DNA of 24,000 bases from positions 678,546 to 702,545 of the forward strand of contig NZ_RKQN01000001.1 in assembly GCF_003814555.1 (NCBI RefSeq). The letters run 5' to 3'. The position numbers and the translations under genes are program-made. Shown one piece after another: positions 8,652 through 16,883 of this stretch. Source of the stretch: Vulcaniibacterium tengchongense (GTDB lineage Bacteria; Pseudomonadota; Gammaproteobacteria; Xanthomonadales; Xanthomonadaceae). Below the pieces are notes generated by a model that was given only the letters and a program-made list of their open reading frames with translations, was not told the origin of the DNA and made no database searches. Positions within the stretch are counted from its first letter, which is position 1. Each line of letters begins with the position of its first letter.

Positions 8652-8675
8652 GCCTGCGGCAGGCGGGCCGCAGGC
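8652..8675 (+). terminator. GC hairpin 17 nt after the phaC stop (9-bp stem gcctgcggc/gccgcaggc, 6-nt loop)
   Basis: The inverted repeat is perfect. No U-tract follows, so terminator function is uncertain. Confidence 0.4.
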
Positions 8676-8943
8676 ATCGGGCGGATCGCCCTGGCCGGGG
8701 AGGGGGTCGGCCTCCGCGCCGGCGGGGATGGAGCGAGCCGTGCCGCCGGCGCCCCGAGGGCGCAGGCGCGCTCTTGGGAATGTTGCTTGCCGCCCTCTTC
8801 GCGAACTGCGGCCGGCACGATGGGCCCCGCTTGCGCGGGACGACGGGCGGGGCCGGCCGGGACCGGCGAGGATCCGGGCCGTCCCTCTCGCTCGCCGCGT
8901 CCGGCGCGCGTTACATTGGCCGGGTCGGATGCGGAGGTTTTCG

Positions 8944-9657
8944 ATGTCGCTATCGTGGTCGACGCTGGTGCTCGCGCTGCTCGCCGCCGTCGCGGCCGGC
9001 CCCGTGCCCGCACGCGCCTGGGAAGCCGCGGCGCATGCCGAACTCGCCGATCCGGCCCGCTGGGAGCCCGACATCGTCGCGTTCGAGCGGGCCGACGCGG
9101 AGCGCCCGCCGGCGCCCGGCGGCGTGCTGTTCGTCGGCAGTTCCTCGATCCGGATGTGGCCGTCGCTCGCGACCGACTTCCCCGGCGTGGCCGCGCTCAA
9201 CCGCGGCTTCGGCGGCTCGCGCGTGCGCGACGCGACCTACTACGCCGAGCGCATCGTCGCCCCGTACCGCCCGCGCGCGATCGTGTTCTACGCCGGCGAC
9301 AACGACCTGGCGGAGGGGCGTACGCCGCGCCAGGTGCGCGACGACTTCGCCGCGTTCGTCGCCAAGACGCGCCGGCTCGCGCCGCGGGCGCGCATCGCCT
9401 TCGTCTCGATCAAGCCCAGCCCCTCGCGCGCGGCGCTGATGCCGGCCATGCGCCAGGCCAACGCGCTGGTGCGCGCCTGGGCCGAGCGCCAGGCCGACGT
9501 CGACTACCTCGACGTGTTCACGCCGATGCTGGACGCGCAGGGGCAGCCGCGGCGCGAGCTGTTCCTGGGCGACGAGCTGCACATGAACGAGTCCGGCTAC
9601 GCGATCTGGAGCGCGGTGGTCCGGGCCTGGCTGGCCGGGCTGCCGCCACGCCGCTAG
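8944..9657 (+). CDS. Secreted SGNH/GDSL-family hydrolase (esterase/acylhydrolase)
   Basis: A signal peptide is present (MSLSWSTLVLALLAAVAAGPVPARA). SGNH blocks are FVGSSSI (block I Ser), GFGGS (II), GDND (III) and DELHMN (V, DxxH). GGAGG at 8933-8937 sits 6 nt before the ATG at 8944. Confidence 0.85.
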   Translation: MSLSWSTLVLALLAAVAAGPVPARAWEAAAHAELADPARWEPDIVAFERADAERPPAPGGVLFVGSSSIRMWPSLATDFPGVAALNRGFGGSRVRDATYYAERIVAPYRPRAIVFYAGDNDLAEGRTPRQVRDDFAAFVAKTRRLAPRARIAFVSIKPSPSRAALMPAMRQANALVRAWAERQADVDYLDVFTPMLDAQGQPRRELFLGDELHMNESGYAIWSAVVRAWLAGLPPRR

Positions 9658-9718
9658 CGGCGCCGCGCGGGAGCCGCGGTACCCGGGCGCGGGAGGAACA
9701 ACGGAATCGGAGGGTGCG

Positions 9719-10096
9719 ATGCGGAAGCCCGGGCGGATCTTGCTGCTGCTCGCCGCGTGCGCGGCCGGCCCGGCGTGCGCGCAGAGCTCGACGCCGGCAC
9801 CGGCCGCGCGCGAGATCGAGGCCCTGATCGCCGCGCTCGGCCGCTCGAACTGCGAATTCCAGCGCAATGGCCGCTGGCACGGCGCCGCCGAGGCACAGGC
9901 GCATCTGCGCCGCAAGTACGAGTGGCTGCGCAGGCGCGACCTAGCCGGCAGCGCCGAGCAGTTCATCGAGCGCGCCGGCAGCCGCAGCAGCACGACCGGG
10001 CAGCCGTACCGGGTGCGTTGCCCGGGGCAGCCGGAGACCGGCTCGGCGCAATGGCTGCGTGCGCGGCTGGCCGAGTCGCGGCACCCGGCGCGGTGA
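9719..10096 (+). CDS. DUF5329-like secreted protein
   Basis: A signal peptide is present (MRKPGRILLLLAACAAGPACAQ). The pattern EIEALI...C.FQRNG..H...EA..HL..KY..L.....AEQFIE...S.S..TGQPY.VRC matches my recollection of DUF5329. GGAGGG lies just upstream of the start. Confidence 0.7.
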   Translation: MRKPGRILLLLAACAAGPACAQSSTPAPAAREIEALIAALGRSNCEFQRNGRWHGAAEAQAHLRRKYEWLRRRDLAGSAEQFIERAGSRSSTTGQPYRVRCPGQPETGSAQWLRARLAESRHPAR

Positions 10097-10155
10097 GCGC
10101 TTGGCATCGACCGCCGCCGCGCTAGACTGCCCGCGTGTCCCTGGACCGAGCCGCA

Positions 10156-10353
10156 ATGAACGCTCCGCGTACGCTCTCCCGTTCCCGCCACGACCGCATG
10201 ATCGCCGGCGTCGTCGGCGGCATCGCCCGGCGTTTCGGCTGGAACTCGACGCTGCTGCGCGTGCTGTACGTGATCGCCTCGATCGCCTCGGCCGCGTTTC
10301 CCGGCCTGCTGGTCTATCTGATCCTCTGGTTGCTGATTCCCGAAGGCGACTAG
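10156..10353 (+). CDS. PspC-domain small membrane protein
   Basis: RSRHDRMIAGVVGGIARRFGWNSTLLRVLYVIASI followed by a TM helix (FPGLLVYLILWLLIP) is the canonical PspC-domain pattern. A GTG at 10135 is an alternative start. Confidence 0.75.
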   Translation: MNAPRTLSRSRHDRMIAGVVGGIARRFGWNSTLLRVLYVIASIASAAFPGLLVYLILWLLIPEGD

Positions 10354-10517
10354 CGCGGCGCCGCCGGTCACATGCGGCAGCGTGCCGGCGCGGCGTAGGA
10401 GACGGCAGGCCGCATGGGCCGCGTCGACAGGCGCCGGTGTCGTGGGCCGAGGGGGCGCTGGATGCGCTCGCGAGGCGGCGCTTCGAAGCGGCCGCCCATC
10501 GAGGGAGAATCGAAGCA

Positions 10518-11018
10518 ATGACGACGTCGCCGTGGCCGATGCGTGCGGTGCTCGCGCTGGGTGCGCTGTGGGCGTTGCCGAACACGCTGCTGGGCCTGCT
10601 GCTCGGCGCCGCCGGGCTGCTGCGGGGGGCGCGCTGCCGCTGGCGCCGGCGCGAGCTCGCGCTGGTGTTCCAGCGCTGGCCCTGGGGGCCGGGCGGGGCG
10701 ATCACCTTCGGCAACGTCATCCTGCACACCGGCGACAGCCTGGACACGCCCTGCGCCACCTACGCGCACCGTGCCGGCCATTGCGAGGAGCCGGCGATCC
10801 TGCTGGCCGACCACGAGCGCGCGCATGTCTACCAGTACCTGGCGCTGGGCCCGCTGTTCCTGCCGCTGTACCTGCTGTGCGGCGGCATCAGCGTGCGCAA
10901 CCGCTTCGAGCGCGCCGCCGACCGCTACGCGCGCACCGGCCGCGGCTGGTGGCCGTGGTCGCGCGATCCCGATGCGTTCCCGCCGTCGCCGGCGAGGCGC
11001 GGCTCGGGGCGGGGGTGA
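10518..11018 (+). CDS. Hypothetical membrane protein with HExxHxxQ motif (putative minimal Zn-metallopeptidase, DUF4157-like motif order)
   Basis: The 166-aa ORF has high GC3 and GAGGGAG 11 nt upstream. It has an N-terminal TM helix (AVLALGALWALPNTLLGLLLGAAGLL), then AITFGNVILH, then LLADHERAHVYQY followed by a second hydrophobic helix. Confidence 0.6.
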   Translation: MTTSPWPMRAVLALGALWALPNTLLGLLLGAAGLLRGARCRWRRRELALVFQRWPWGPGGAITFGNVILHTGDSLDTPCATYAHRAGHCEEPAILLADHERAHVYQYLALGPLFLPLYLLCGGISVRNRFERAADRYARTGRGWWPWSRDPDAFPPSPARRGSGRG

Positions 11019-11208
11019 GCCCGCGACCGGCCCGGCCGCGGATGCGATCTGGTATCGATTGAAGGCGCGGACGGCAGCCACCGCTGCGGCCGTTCGGTGC
11101 GGCGACCGGCGCGTCGTTCCGCGAGCCGCCGTGGCGCGTCCGGAGACATAGGACCTCGCCGCAGGATGCGTCGGCTTCTTCCCGGCGCGGAGCGCGGATG
11201 GGCCGGGG

Positions 11209-12126
11209 CTACTGCGTCGCCACCGCCCGGCCCTCGCCGCGCCAGGCCTCGAAGCCGCCCGCCAGCGGCCGCACCCGCTTGAAGCCGCGCCGGGCCAGCT
11301 CGCGCGCCAGCACCGCGGCGGAGGCCTCGTTCGGGCAGTCGCAATAGACCACCACCTCCTCGCGCGGCGCCAGCGCCGCGTCCTCGATCGTGGCGACGAA
11401 GATCGCCCCCGGGATCCAGCCGGTGCGGGCGCGCTGGCTCGGCGCGCGCACGTCCAGGATCGCCGGCGCGGCGCCGCGCTCGATCAGCCCGTGCAGCTCC
11501 GCCGGGGTGATCCGCGCCATGCGCAGCTCGCGCAGGAACGCACGCCGGCGCCAGGCCTTCGCGACCACGAACGCGACGACCGCCGCCAGCAGCGCGAGCA
11601 GCCCGTAGCGGCCCAGCTCCTCCAGGGTCGACAGCACCTCGTTGACCGCCTCGTGGAACACCGCGCCGAGCGCGACCGCCACGCCCGCCCACAGCAGCGC
11701 GCCGAGCGTGTCGTACAGCAGGAAACGGCCGGGGCGGGTGCCGCTCTCGCCAGCGAGCACCGTGGCGACCGCGGCGAAGCCGGGCACGAACTTGGCGACG
11801 ACCAGCGACGGCGCGCCCCAGCGCGCGTAGATGCCGCGCGTCGTCAGCACGCACGAATCCGGCGACAGCGACAGCCGGCACATCAGCCGCAGCAGCCGCG
11901 TGCCGAAGCGGCGACCGCCGAGGAACCACAGCCAATCGGCGCTCACCGCCGCCAGCGCCGCGACCAGCGCGATCGGCCAGGGGCTCTGGCCCTGGTCCAC
12001 GGCGAGCGCGGCCGCGACCACGATCGGCGGATACGCCGGCACCGGCAGGCCGCCCTGGTCAAGCAGCACGGCCACGAACACGACCGGCAGGCCATAGGCG
12101 GCGAGAACGTGGAGCAGCAGGTCCAT
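11209..12126 (-). CDS. DedA/VTT-family membrane protein fused to a C-terminal rhodanese domain
   Basis: The start is MDLLLHVLAAYGLPVVFVAVLLDQGGLPVP (ATG at 12126; the longer track ORF from 12309 adds an Arg/Pro-rich extension). DedA core motifs are FLGGRRFG and WGAPSLVVAKFVPGF. The C-terminal rhodanese reads ILDVRAP ... GWIPGA ... VVVYCDCPNEAS ... GGFEAW. Confidence 0.8.
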   Translation of the reverse strand: MDLLLHVLAAYGLPVVFVAVLLDQGGLPVPAYPPIVVAAALAVDQGQSPWPIALVAALAAVSADWLWFLGGRRFGTRLLRLMCRLSLSPDSCVLTTRGIYARWGAPSLVVAKFVPGFAAVATVLAGESGTRPGRFLLYDTLGALLWAGVAVALGAVFHEAVNEVLSTLEELGRYGLLALLAAVVAFVVAKAWRRRAFLRELRMARITPAELHGLIERGAAPAILDVRAPSQRARTGWIPGAIFVATIEDAALAPREEVVVYCDCPNEASAAVLARELARRGFKRVRPLAGGFEAWRGEGRAVATQ

Positions 12127-12233
12127 GGCGGCGCGCAGCGATCGGGCAGGGCCATGGTAGGTCCGCTCCGGCCGCCGACAATCGCGCGAACGCGCACCGA
12201 TGCGTTGCGGCGGCGGTATGCGGCGGAGTTTTG

Positions 12234-12252
12234 GCAATCGAGAATCATTTGC
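12234..12252. promoter_or_regulatory. Candidate Fur box upstream of the TonB-dependent receptor
   Basis: gcaatcgagaatcatttgc matches GATAATGATAATCATTATC at 12 of 19 positions, with the central GAnAATCATT core intact. It lies 56 nt upstream of the ATG at 12308. A GATAAT hexamer also occurs at 12272-12277. Confidence 0.35.
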
Positions 12253-12307
12253 GTTTGAGGGCGGAAGTTCCGATAATCGCGCCCCCGATCCACGCCCGGA
12301 ACGCTCC

Positions 12308-14437
12308 ATGCCCGCATCGAAACGCCGCCTCCTGACCTGGTCGCTGCTCGCGCCGAGCGCGCTGGCCGCGGCCGTCGCTCATGCCCAGTCCGCCGATCCG
12401 GAGGCCGAGCGCCGAGCCAAGGACCTGGACGGCGTGGTGGTGGTCGCCGAGCGCGCGATCACCGCGACCAAGACCGACACCGCCGTGGTCGACACCCCGC
12501 AGGCGATCAGCGTGGTCGCCGCCGACCTGTTCGCCGACCGCGGCGCGCTCAACCTGCAGGAGACGCTGCGCTACAGCGCGGGCGTCGCCGCCGAAGCCTA
12601 CGGCCTGGACACGCGCTCGGACGCGATGCTGGTGCGCGGGCTGGCGCCGGTCGAATTCCACGACGGCATGCGCAAGGTCTACAACTACAGCCCGCTGCCG
12701 CGCGTGGAGGTGTATTCGCTGGACCGCGTCGAACTGCTGCGCGGCCCCTCGTCGGTGCTGTACGGGCAGGGCGCCAGCGGCGGCATCGTCAACAGCGTCA
12801 GCAAGCTGCCGCAACCGACCTTCCAGGGCGAGGTCGGCGCGCAGTTCGGCCGCTTCGACCGCAAGCAGCTGCAGTTCGACGTCACCGGCGCGCTGAACGA
12901 GGCCGGCACGGTCTACGGCCGGCTGGTTGGCGTCGGCCGCGACAGCGGCATGCAGACCGACGGGGTCTCGGACGACCGCCTGTTCCTGTCGCCGTCGATC
13001 ACCTGGGACATCGGTACGGACACGCGCCTGACGCTGCTGGCGCTGTACCAGCGCGACCGCACCGCCTCCAGCCAGCAGTTCCTGCCGGTGGCGGCGACCC
13101 TGCAGGCGCCGCCCGGCCGCCGCCTCGACGCGTCCACCTTCCTCGGCGACGCGGACGTCGACAAGCTCGACGCGCGCCAGGCCAGCCTGACCGCGCTGTT
13201 CGAGCACCGCTTCGCCGATGCGCTGACCTGGCGCAGCAGCCTGCGCTACGTCGACGCCGGAACCACGTTCCAGGAGCTGTACCCCGACACCTACAGCAAC
13301 CCGGCGGACCCGTTCATCGACGCCGGGGATCGCCTGCTCAACCGCATCTATTACGCGATCAAGCCGGACTTCCGCATCCTCACCAGCGACAACTCGCTGC
13401 AATGGGACGTCCGGACCGGCGTGTTCCGGCACAAGCTGCTGTTCGGCGTGGACTACAGCGACTTCCGCCAGCGCTCGTGGTCGGCCGGCTGCGACGCCAC
13501 CGCCGATCCGGGCGTGTGCACCATCACGCCGATCGACATCTACGACCCGGTCTCCCGCGGCATCGTGCTGCCGGCGTACCAGCGCGACCCGAACCAACGC
13601 AACACCCAGGTGGGGCTGTACGCGCAGGACCAGATCGACTGGGGCGAGCGGCTGTCGCTGGTGCTGGGCCTGCGCCGCGACCGAGCGCGTTCCCGGACCC
13701 AAGGCTCGCCGGTGCAGACCGACGAGGCCACCACCTACCGCATCGGCGTGATCGGCGACGCCGGCGCCCATCTCTCCCCCTACGTCAGCTATTCCGAATC
13801 GTTCCTGCCGGTCGCCGGCCTGGACTTCTACAACAACGCGCTCCAGCCGCAGCGCGGGCGCCAGGTCGAGGCGGGCGTGAAGTGGAATCCGGCGCGCAAC
13901 GCGCTGGTCACCGCCAACGTGTTCCGCATCGTCGAGACCAACCGGCCGACCAACGACCCGGACAATCCGGTCAACGTCGTCCAGACCGGCGAGCTGCGTT
14001 CGCGCGGCTTCGAGCTGGAAGCGGCCTACGCCTTCGGCCCGCAGATTGAGCTCACCGCCAGCTACGCCTACAACGACGCCGAGGTTACCCGCAGCAACTA
14101 TCCGGCGGAGATCGGGGTGCAGTTGGGCGACGTGCCCAAGCACCTGGCCTCGCTGTGGGCGAGCAAGCGCTTCGAGCTGGGCGCGGCCGGGCTGCGCCTG
14201 GGCCTCGGCGGCCGCTACGTCGGCTCGACCCTGTCCACCGGCGCCGCGGGCTCGCTGCGCACGCCCAGCTACACCGTGGCCGACGCCCTGGCCGCGGTCG
14301 AATGGTCGCAGTGGTCGTTCGCGCTGAACGTGACCAACCTGTTCGACAAGGAGTACTTCGCGCCCTGCCGCGTGTTCGGCGACTGCTTCACCGGGCTCGG
14401 CCGCAACGTGGTGGGCACCGTCCGCTACCGCTTCTGA
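12308..14437 (+). CDS. TonB-dependent siderophore receptor
   Basis: A signal peptide is present (MPASKRRLLTWSLLAPSALAAAVAHAQ), followed by the plug start DLDGVVVVAERA ... TPQAISVV and plug motifs LRGPSSVLYGQGASGGIVN. The beta-barrel ends in NVVGTVRYRF (terminal Phe). Confidence 0.9.
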   Translation: MPASKRRLLTWSLLAPSALAAAVAHAQSADPEAERRAKDLDGVVVVAERAITATKTDTAVVDTPQAISVVAADLFADRGALNLQETLRYSAGVAAEAYGLDTRSDAMLVRGLAPVEFHDGMRKVYNYSPLPRVEVYSLDRVELLRGPSSVLYGQGASGGIVNSVSKLPQPTFQGEVGAQFGRFDRKQLQFDVTGALNEAGTVYGRLVGVGRDSGMQTDGVSDDRLFLSPSITWDIGTDTRLTLLALYQRDRTASSQQFLPVAATLQAPPGRRLDASTFLGDADVDKLDARQASLTALFEHRFADALTWRSSLRYVDAGTTFQELYPDTYSNPADPFIDAGDRLLNRIYYAIKPDFRILTSDNSLQWDVRTGVFRHKLLFGVDYSDFRQRSWSAGCDATADPGVCTITPIDIYDPVSRGIVLPAYQRDPNQRNTQVGLYAQDQIDWGERLSLVLGLRRDRARSRTQGSPVQTDEATTYRIGVIGDAGAHLSPYVSYSESFLPVAGLDFYNNALQPQRGRQVEAGVKWNPARNALVTANVFRIVETNRPTNDPDNPVNVVQTGELRSRGFELEAAYAFGPQIELTASYAYNDAEVTRSNYPAEIGVQLGDVPKHLASLWASKRFELGAAGLRLGLGGRYVGSTLSTGAAGSLRTPSYTVADALAAVEWSQWSFALNVTNLFDKEYFAPCRVFGDCFTGLGRNVVGTVRYRF

Positions 14438-14526
14438 GGGACCCGGCGGCTGCGGCGGAGTTCGCAGGAAATCCGGGCCTTCCGCCACGAGAGGGGAAAC
14501 CTCCTTCCCTCGCCGCGAGAGCAGAT

Positions 14527-14552
14527 CCCCTCTCCCGCCGGCGGGAGAGGGG
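14527..14552. repeat. Perfect 13+13 nt palindrome (cccctctcccgcc/ggcgggagagggg), REP-like element or bidirectional terminator between convergent genes
   Basis: The palindrome is read directly from the sequence. A second, imperfect hairpin (gaggggaaacctccttccctc) lies about 35 nt upstream. Both sit in the 132-bp gap between the receptor stop (14437) and the NRDE stop (14570). Confidence 0.6.
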
Positions 14553-14569
14553 GCCGGGGTGGGGGAGGC

Positions 14570-15352
14570 TCAGCGCAAATCCACCCGCGCCCGCGTCCGT
14601 CCCCATGGTGCGCCGTCCGGCCCGTAGCGCTGCTCGACGAACACGATCGCCTCCGCATCGACCAGCACCACGCTACTGCAGCGCGTGCCGTAGACCGGAT
14701 CGCGCACGAACGGGGGCGACAGGCGCCGTTCCAGGGCCAGGCCGACGCCGGTGTCGGGCAGCGCCTCGTCGGGCGCCGGCGTGGTGTCGGCCAGCGCCTC
14801 GAGCAGCGGCGCCAGCGCGGCATCGTCCGGGTCGCCCCCGGCGGGCGCCCGCGCCAGCCAAGCCGACAGCGCGGCGGTCGCGCGCGTGCTCTTCGGCCAC
14901 GGCGCGTCGAAGGCGCCGTTGGACATCGCGTGCAACCCGGGCGCCACGTCGTGCCAATGGGCCTGCGGATGATTGCTGGCGAAGCCCAGCGCGTGCCCGT
15001 CCCACGCGAGCAGGTTGAAGCGGCCGTAGGCGCCGGCGCGCCCGACGAGCGCCTGCAGGAATCCCGGCGCGGTTTCGGCGCCGGCGGCGAAGCCCCGCAC
15101 CAGTTCGCCGCGCGAACGCGTCCCGCTCTCGCCGCGTCCGGCGCGGACGTTGGTGAGCGCCGCCAGCCGGCCGCGGCGCGAGACCAGCAGCCAACCGCCG
15201 CCGGCGCGCAGGTCGCGGCCGCCGTACAGGTCGGGCGCGTCCGGGTCGAAGCCGGCCGCGGCGGTGGGGCGGTCGTGCGCCTCGTCGCGGTTGGCGATCA
15301 GCGCCAGGCGGTAGCGCGGGTGGACCTGCCAGGCGACGGCGATCAGGCACAT
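14570..15352 (-). CDS. NRDE-family (TANGO2-like, DUF833) protein
   Basis: MCLIAVAWQVHPRYRLALIANRDEAHDRPT carries the N-terminal Cys2 and the eponymous NRDE motif. Length is 260 aa. Confidence 0.85.
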   Translation of the reverse strand: MCLIAVAWQVHPRYRLALIANRDEAHDRPTAAAGFDPDAPDLYGGRDLRAGGGWLLVSRRGRLAALTNVRAGRGESGTRSRGELVRGFAAGAETAPGFLQALVGRAGAYGRFNLLAWDGHALGFASNHPQAHWHDVAPGLHAMSNGAFDAPWPKSTRATAALSAWLARAPAGGDPDDAALAPLLEALADTTPAPDEALPDTGVGLALERRLSPPFVRDPVYGTRCSSVVLVDAEAIVFVEQRYGPDGAPWGRTRARVDLR

Positions 15353-15517
15353 GGGGACGGCATCCGGGTGGGTCAGAAAAATCCTACAAGCCCGTCGGTG
15401 CCTGGCCGACTGCGACCGGCGGCGGCGCCGGGCAGGCTAGGCGCATCGCCCATCGCCGGTGCGGACTGCGTCGGCCCAACTGCGTTCGGAGGGGGCCGGG
15501 CGCGATCGGAGAATGCC

Positions 15518-15724
15518 ATGTATCGCGTCGAAGTTTCGCATCAGGACGGCGTCCGCCTGGCCCAGAGCATCGCCGAGACCGCGGTCGAGTACGGCACCGC
15601 CGAGGCGGCGCTGGCCGCGGTGCTGCCGCAAGCCAAGCGCCAGGCCGAGGACCTCGGCAGGGGGCTGTGGCTGCGCATCTACGACGAGCGTTCGCGCGTG
15701 GTGTTCGGCACCTTGCTGCCCTGA
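15518..15724 (+). CDS. Hypothetical 68-aa protein (no recognised family)
   Basis: The ORF inside the 14930..15724 track ORF has GGAGAA 5 nt before its ATG and GC3-rich codon usage consistent with neighbouring genes. Sequence: MYRVEVSHQDGVRLAQSIAETAVEYGTAEAALAAVLPQAKRQAEDLGRGLWLRIYDERSRVVFGTLLP. Confidence 0.5.
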   Translation: MYRVEVSHQDGVRLAQSIAETAVEYGTAEAALAAVLPQAKRQAEDLGRGLWLRIYDERSRVVFGTLLP

Positions 15725-15863
15725 GGTCAGCCTCGGCGCTTCGGACGAGGGCGATGGCACGGCATCGTTTCGGCTCTCGCGTGCCGCGCCTGCGCATCGG
15801 CGGCTCCGCGCCGGGTGTCGGCGCACCGCGCGCCCGCGCTCGTGGGGGCGGCCACGCGCGGGC

Positions 15864-15869
15864 TAGAAT
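15864..15869 (+). promoter_or_regulatory. Possible -10 element (TAGAAT) 27 nt upstream of the epimerase start
   Basis: It is an isolated TATAAT-like hexamer in GC-rich surroundings. No convincing -35 element is present. Confidence 0.2.
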
Positions 15870-15896
15870 TCCGGCCTGATCATTCGGGGGCGTGCG

Positions 15897-16883
15897 ATGA
15901 GGGTCCTGGTCACCGGTACGTCCGGCCATCTCGGCGAGGCGCTCGCGCGCACGCTGCGCGATGCCGGGCGCGAGGTCGTCGGCCTCGACGTGCTGCCCGG
16001 CGCCTACACCAGCCATGTGGGCTCGATCGTCGACCGCGGCTTCGTCGCGCGCGCGATGCGCGGCGCGCAGGCCGTGTTCCATGCGGCGACGCTGCACAAG
16101 CCGCACATCGCCACGCACCGGCGCCAGGACTTCGTCGACGTCAACGTCACCGGCACGCTCAATCTGCTCGAGGAAGCGGCCGCGGCCGGGGTGCGCGCCT
16201 TCGTCTATACCAGCACCACCAGTGTGTTCGGCGACGCGCTGGTCCCGCCCGCCGGCGCGCCCGCCGCCTGGGTTACCGAGGACCTGGCGCCGGTGCCGAA
16301 GAACATCTACGGCGTCAGCAAGGCCGCGGCCGAGGACTTGTGCCAGCTGTTCCACCGCAACCAGCGCCTGGCCTGCATCGTCCTGCGCACGTCGCGCTTC
16401 TTCCCCGAGGAGGACGACGACCGCGGCGCGCGGGAGCGCTATGCCGACGCCAACCTCAAGCTCAACGAGTACCTGCACCGGCGCGTCGACATCGAAGACG
16501 TGGTCGAGGCCCATCTGCTCGCGGCCGAGCGCGCGCCGGCGCTGGGCTTCCGCCGCTACATCGTCAGCGCCACGACGCCGTTCCTGCCCGAGGACACGGC
16601 CGAATTGCGCGTCGACGCCGAACGGGTGGTGCGCCGGCGCGTGCCCGAATACGCCGAAGAATACGCGCGCCGCGGCTGGCGCCTGCCGCCGCGCCTGGAC
16701 CGCGTGTACGTCAACGAGCGCGCCCGCCGCGAGCTCGGCTGGCGCCCGCGCTACGACTTCCGCCATCTGCTCGAGCGCCTGCGCTTGGGCGAGGACTACC
16801 GCAGCCCGCTGGCGCGGCAGGTCGGCGCCAAGGGCTACCACATCGAGCGCTTCGCCGACGGGCCGTATCCGGTCGAGTGCTGA
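15897..16883 (+). CDS. NAD-dependent epimerase/dehydratase (extended SDR) family protein
   Basis: It has the Rossmann motif VLVTGTSGHLG and the catalytic YGVSKAAAE (YxxxK). Length is 328 aa. Confidence 0.9.
   Translation: MRVLVTGTSGHLGEALARTLRDAGREVVGLDVLPGAYTSHVGSIVDRGFVARAMRGAQAVFHAATLHKPHIATHRRQDFVDVNVTGTLNLLEEAAAAGVRAFVYTSTTSVFGDALVPPAGAPAAWVTEDLAPVPKNIYGVSKAAAEDLCQLFHRNQRLACIVLRTSRFFPEEDDDRGARERYADANLKLNEYLHRRVDIEDVVEAHLLAAERAPALGFRRYIVSATTPFLPEDTAELRVDAERVVRRRVPEYAEEYARRGWRLPPRLDRVYVNERARRELGWRPRYDFRHLLERLRLGEDYRSPLARQVGAKGYHIERFADGPYPVEC

Noticed and set aside
12127-12307. A cobalamin or other riboswitch upstream of the TonB-dependent receptor.
   Set aside because: There is no B12-box-like element. 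The spacer is short and shared with the divergent DedA gene. A Fur-type operator is the better explanation for the AT-containing patch.
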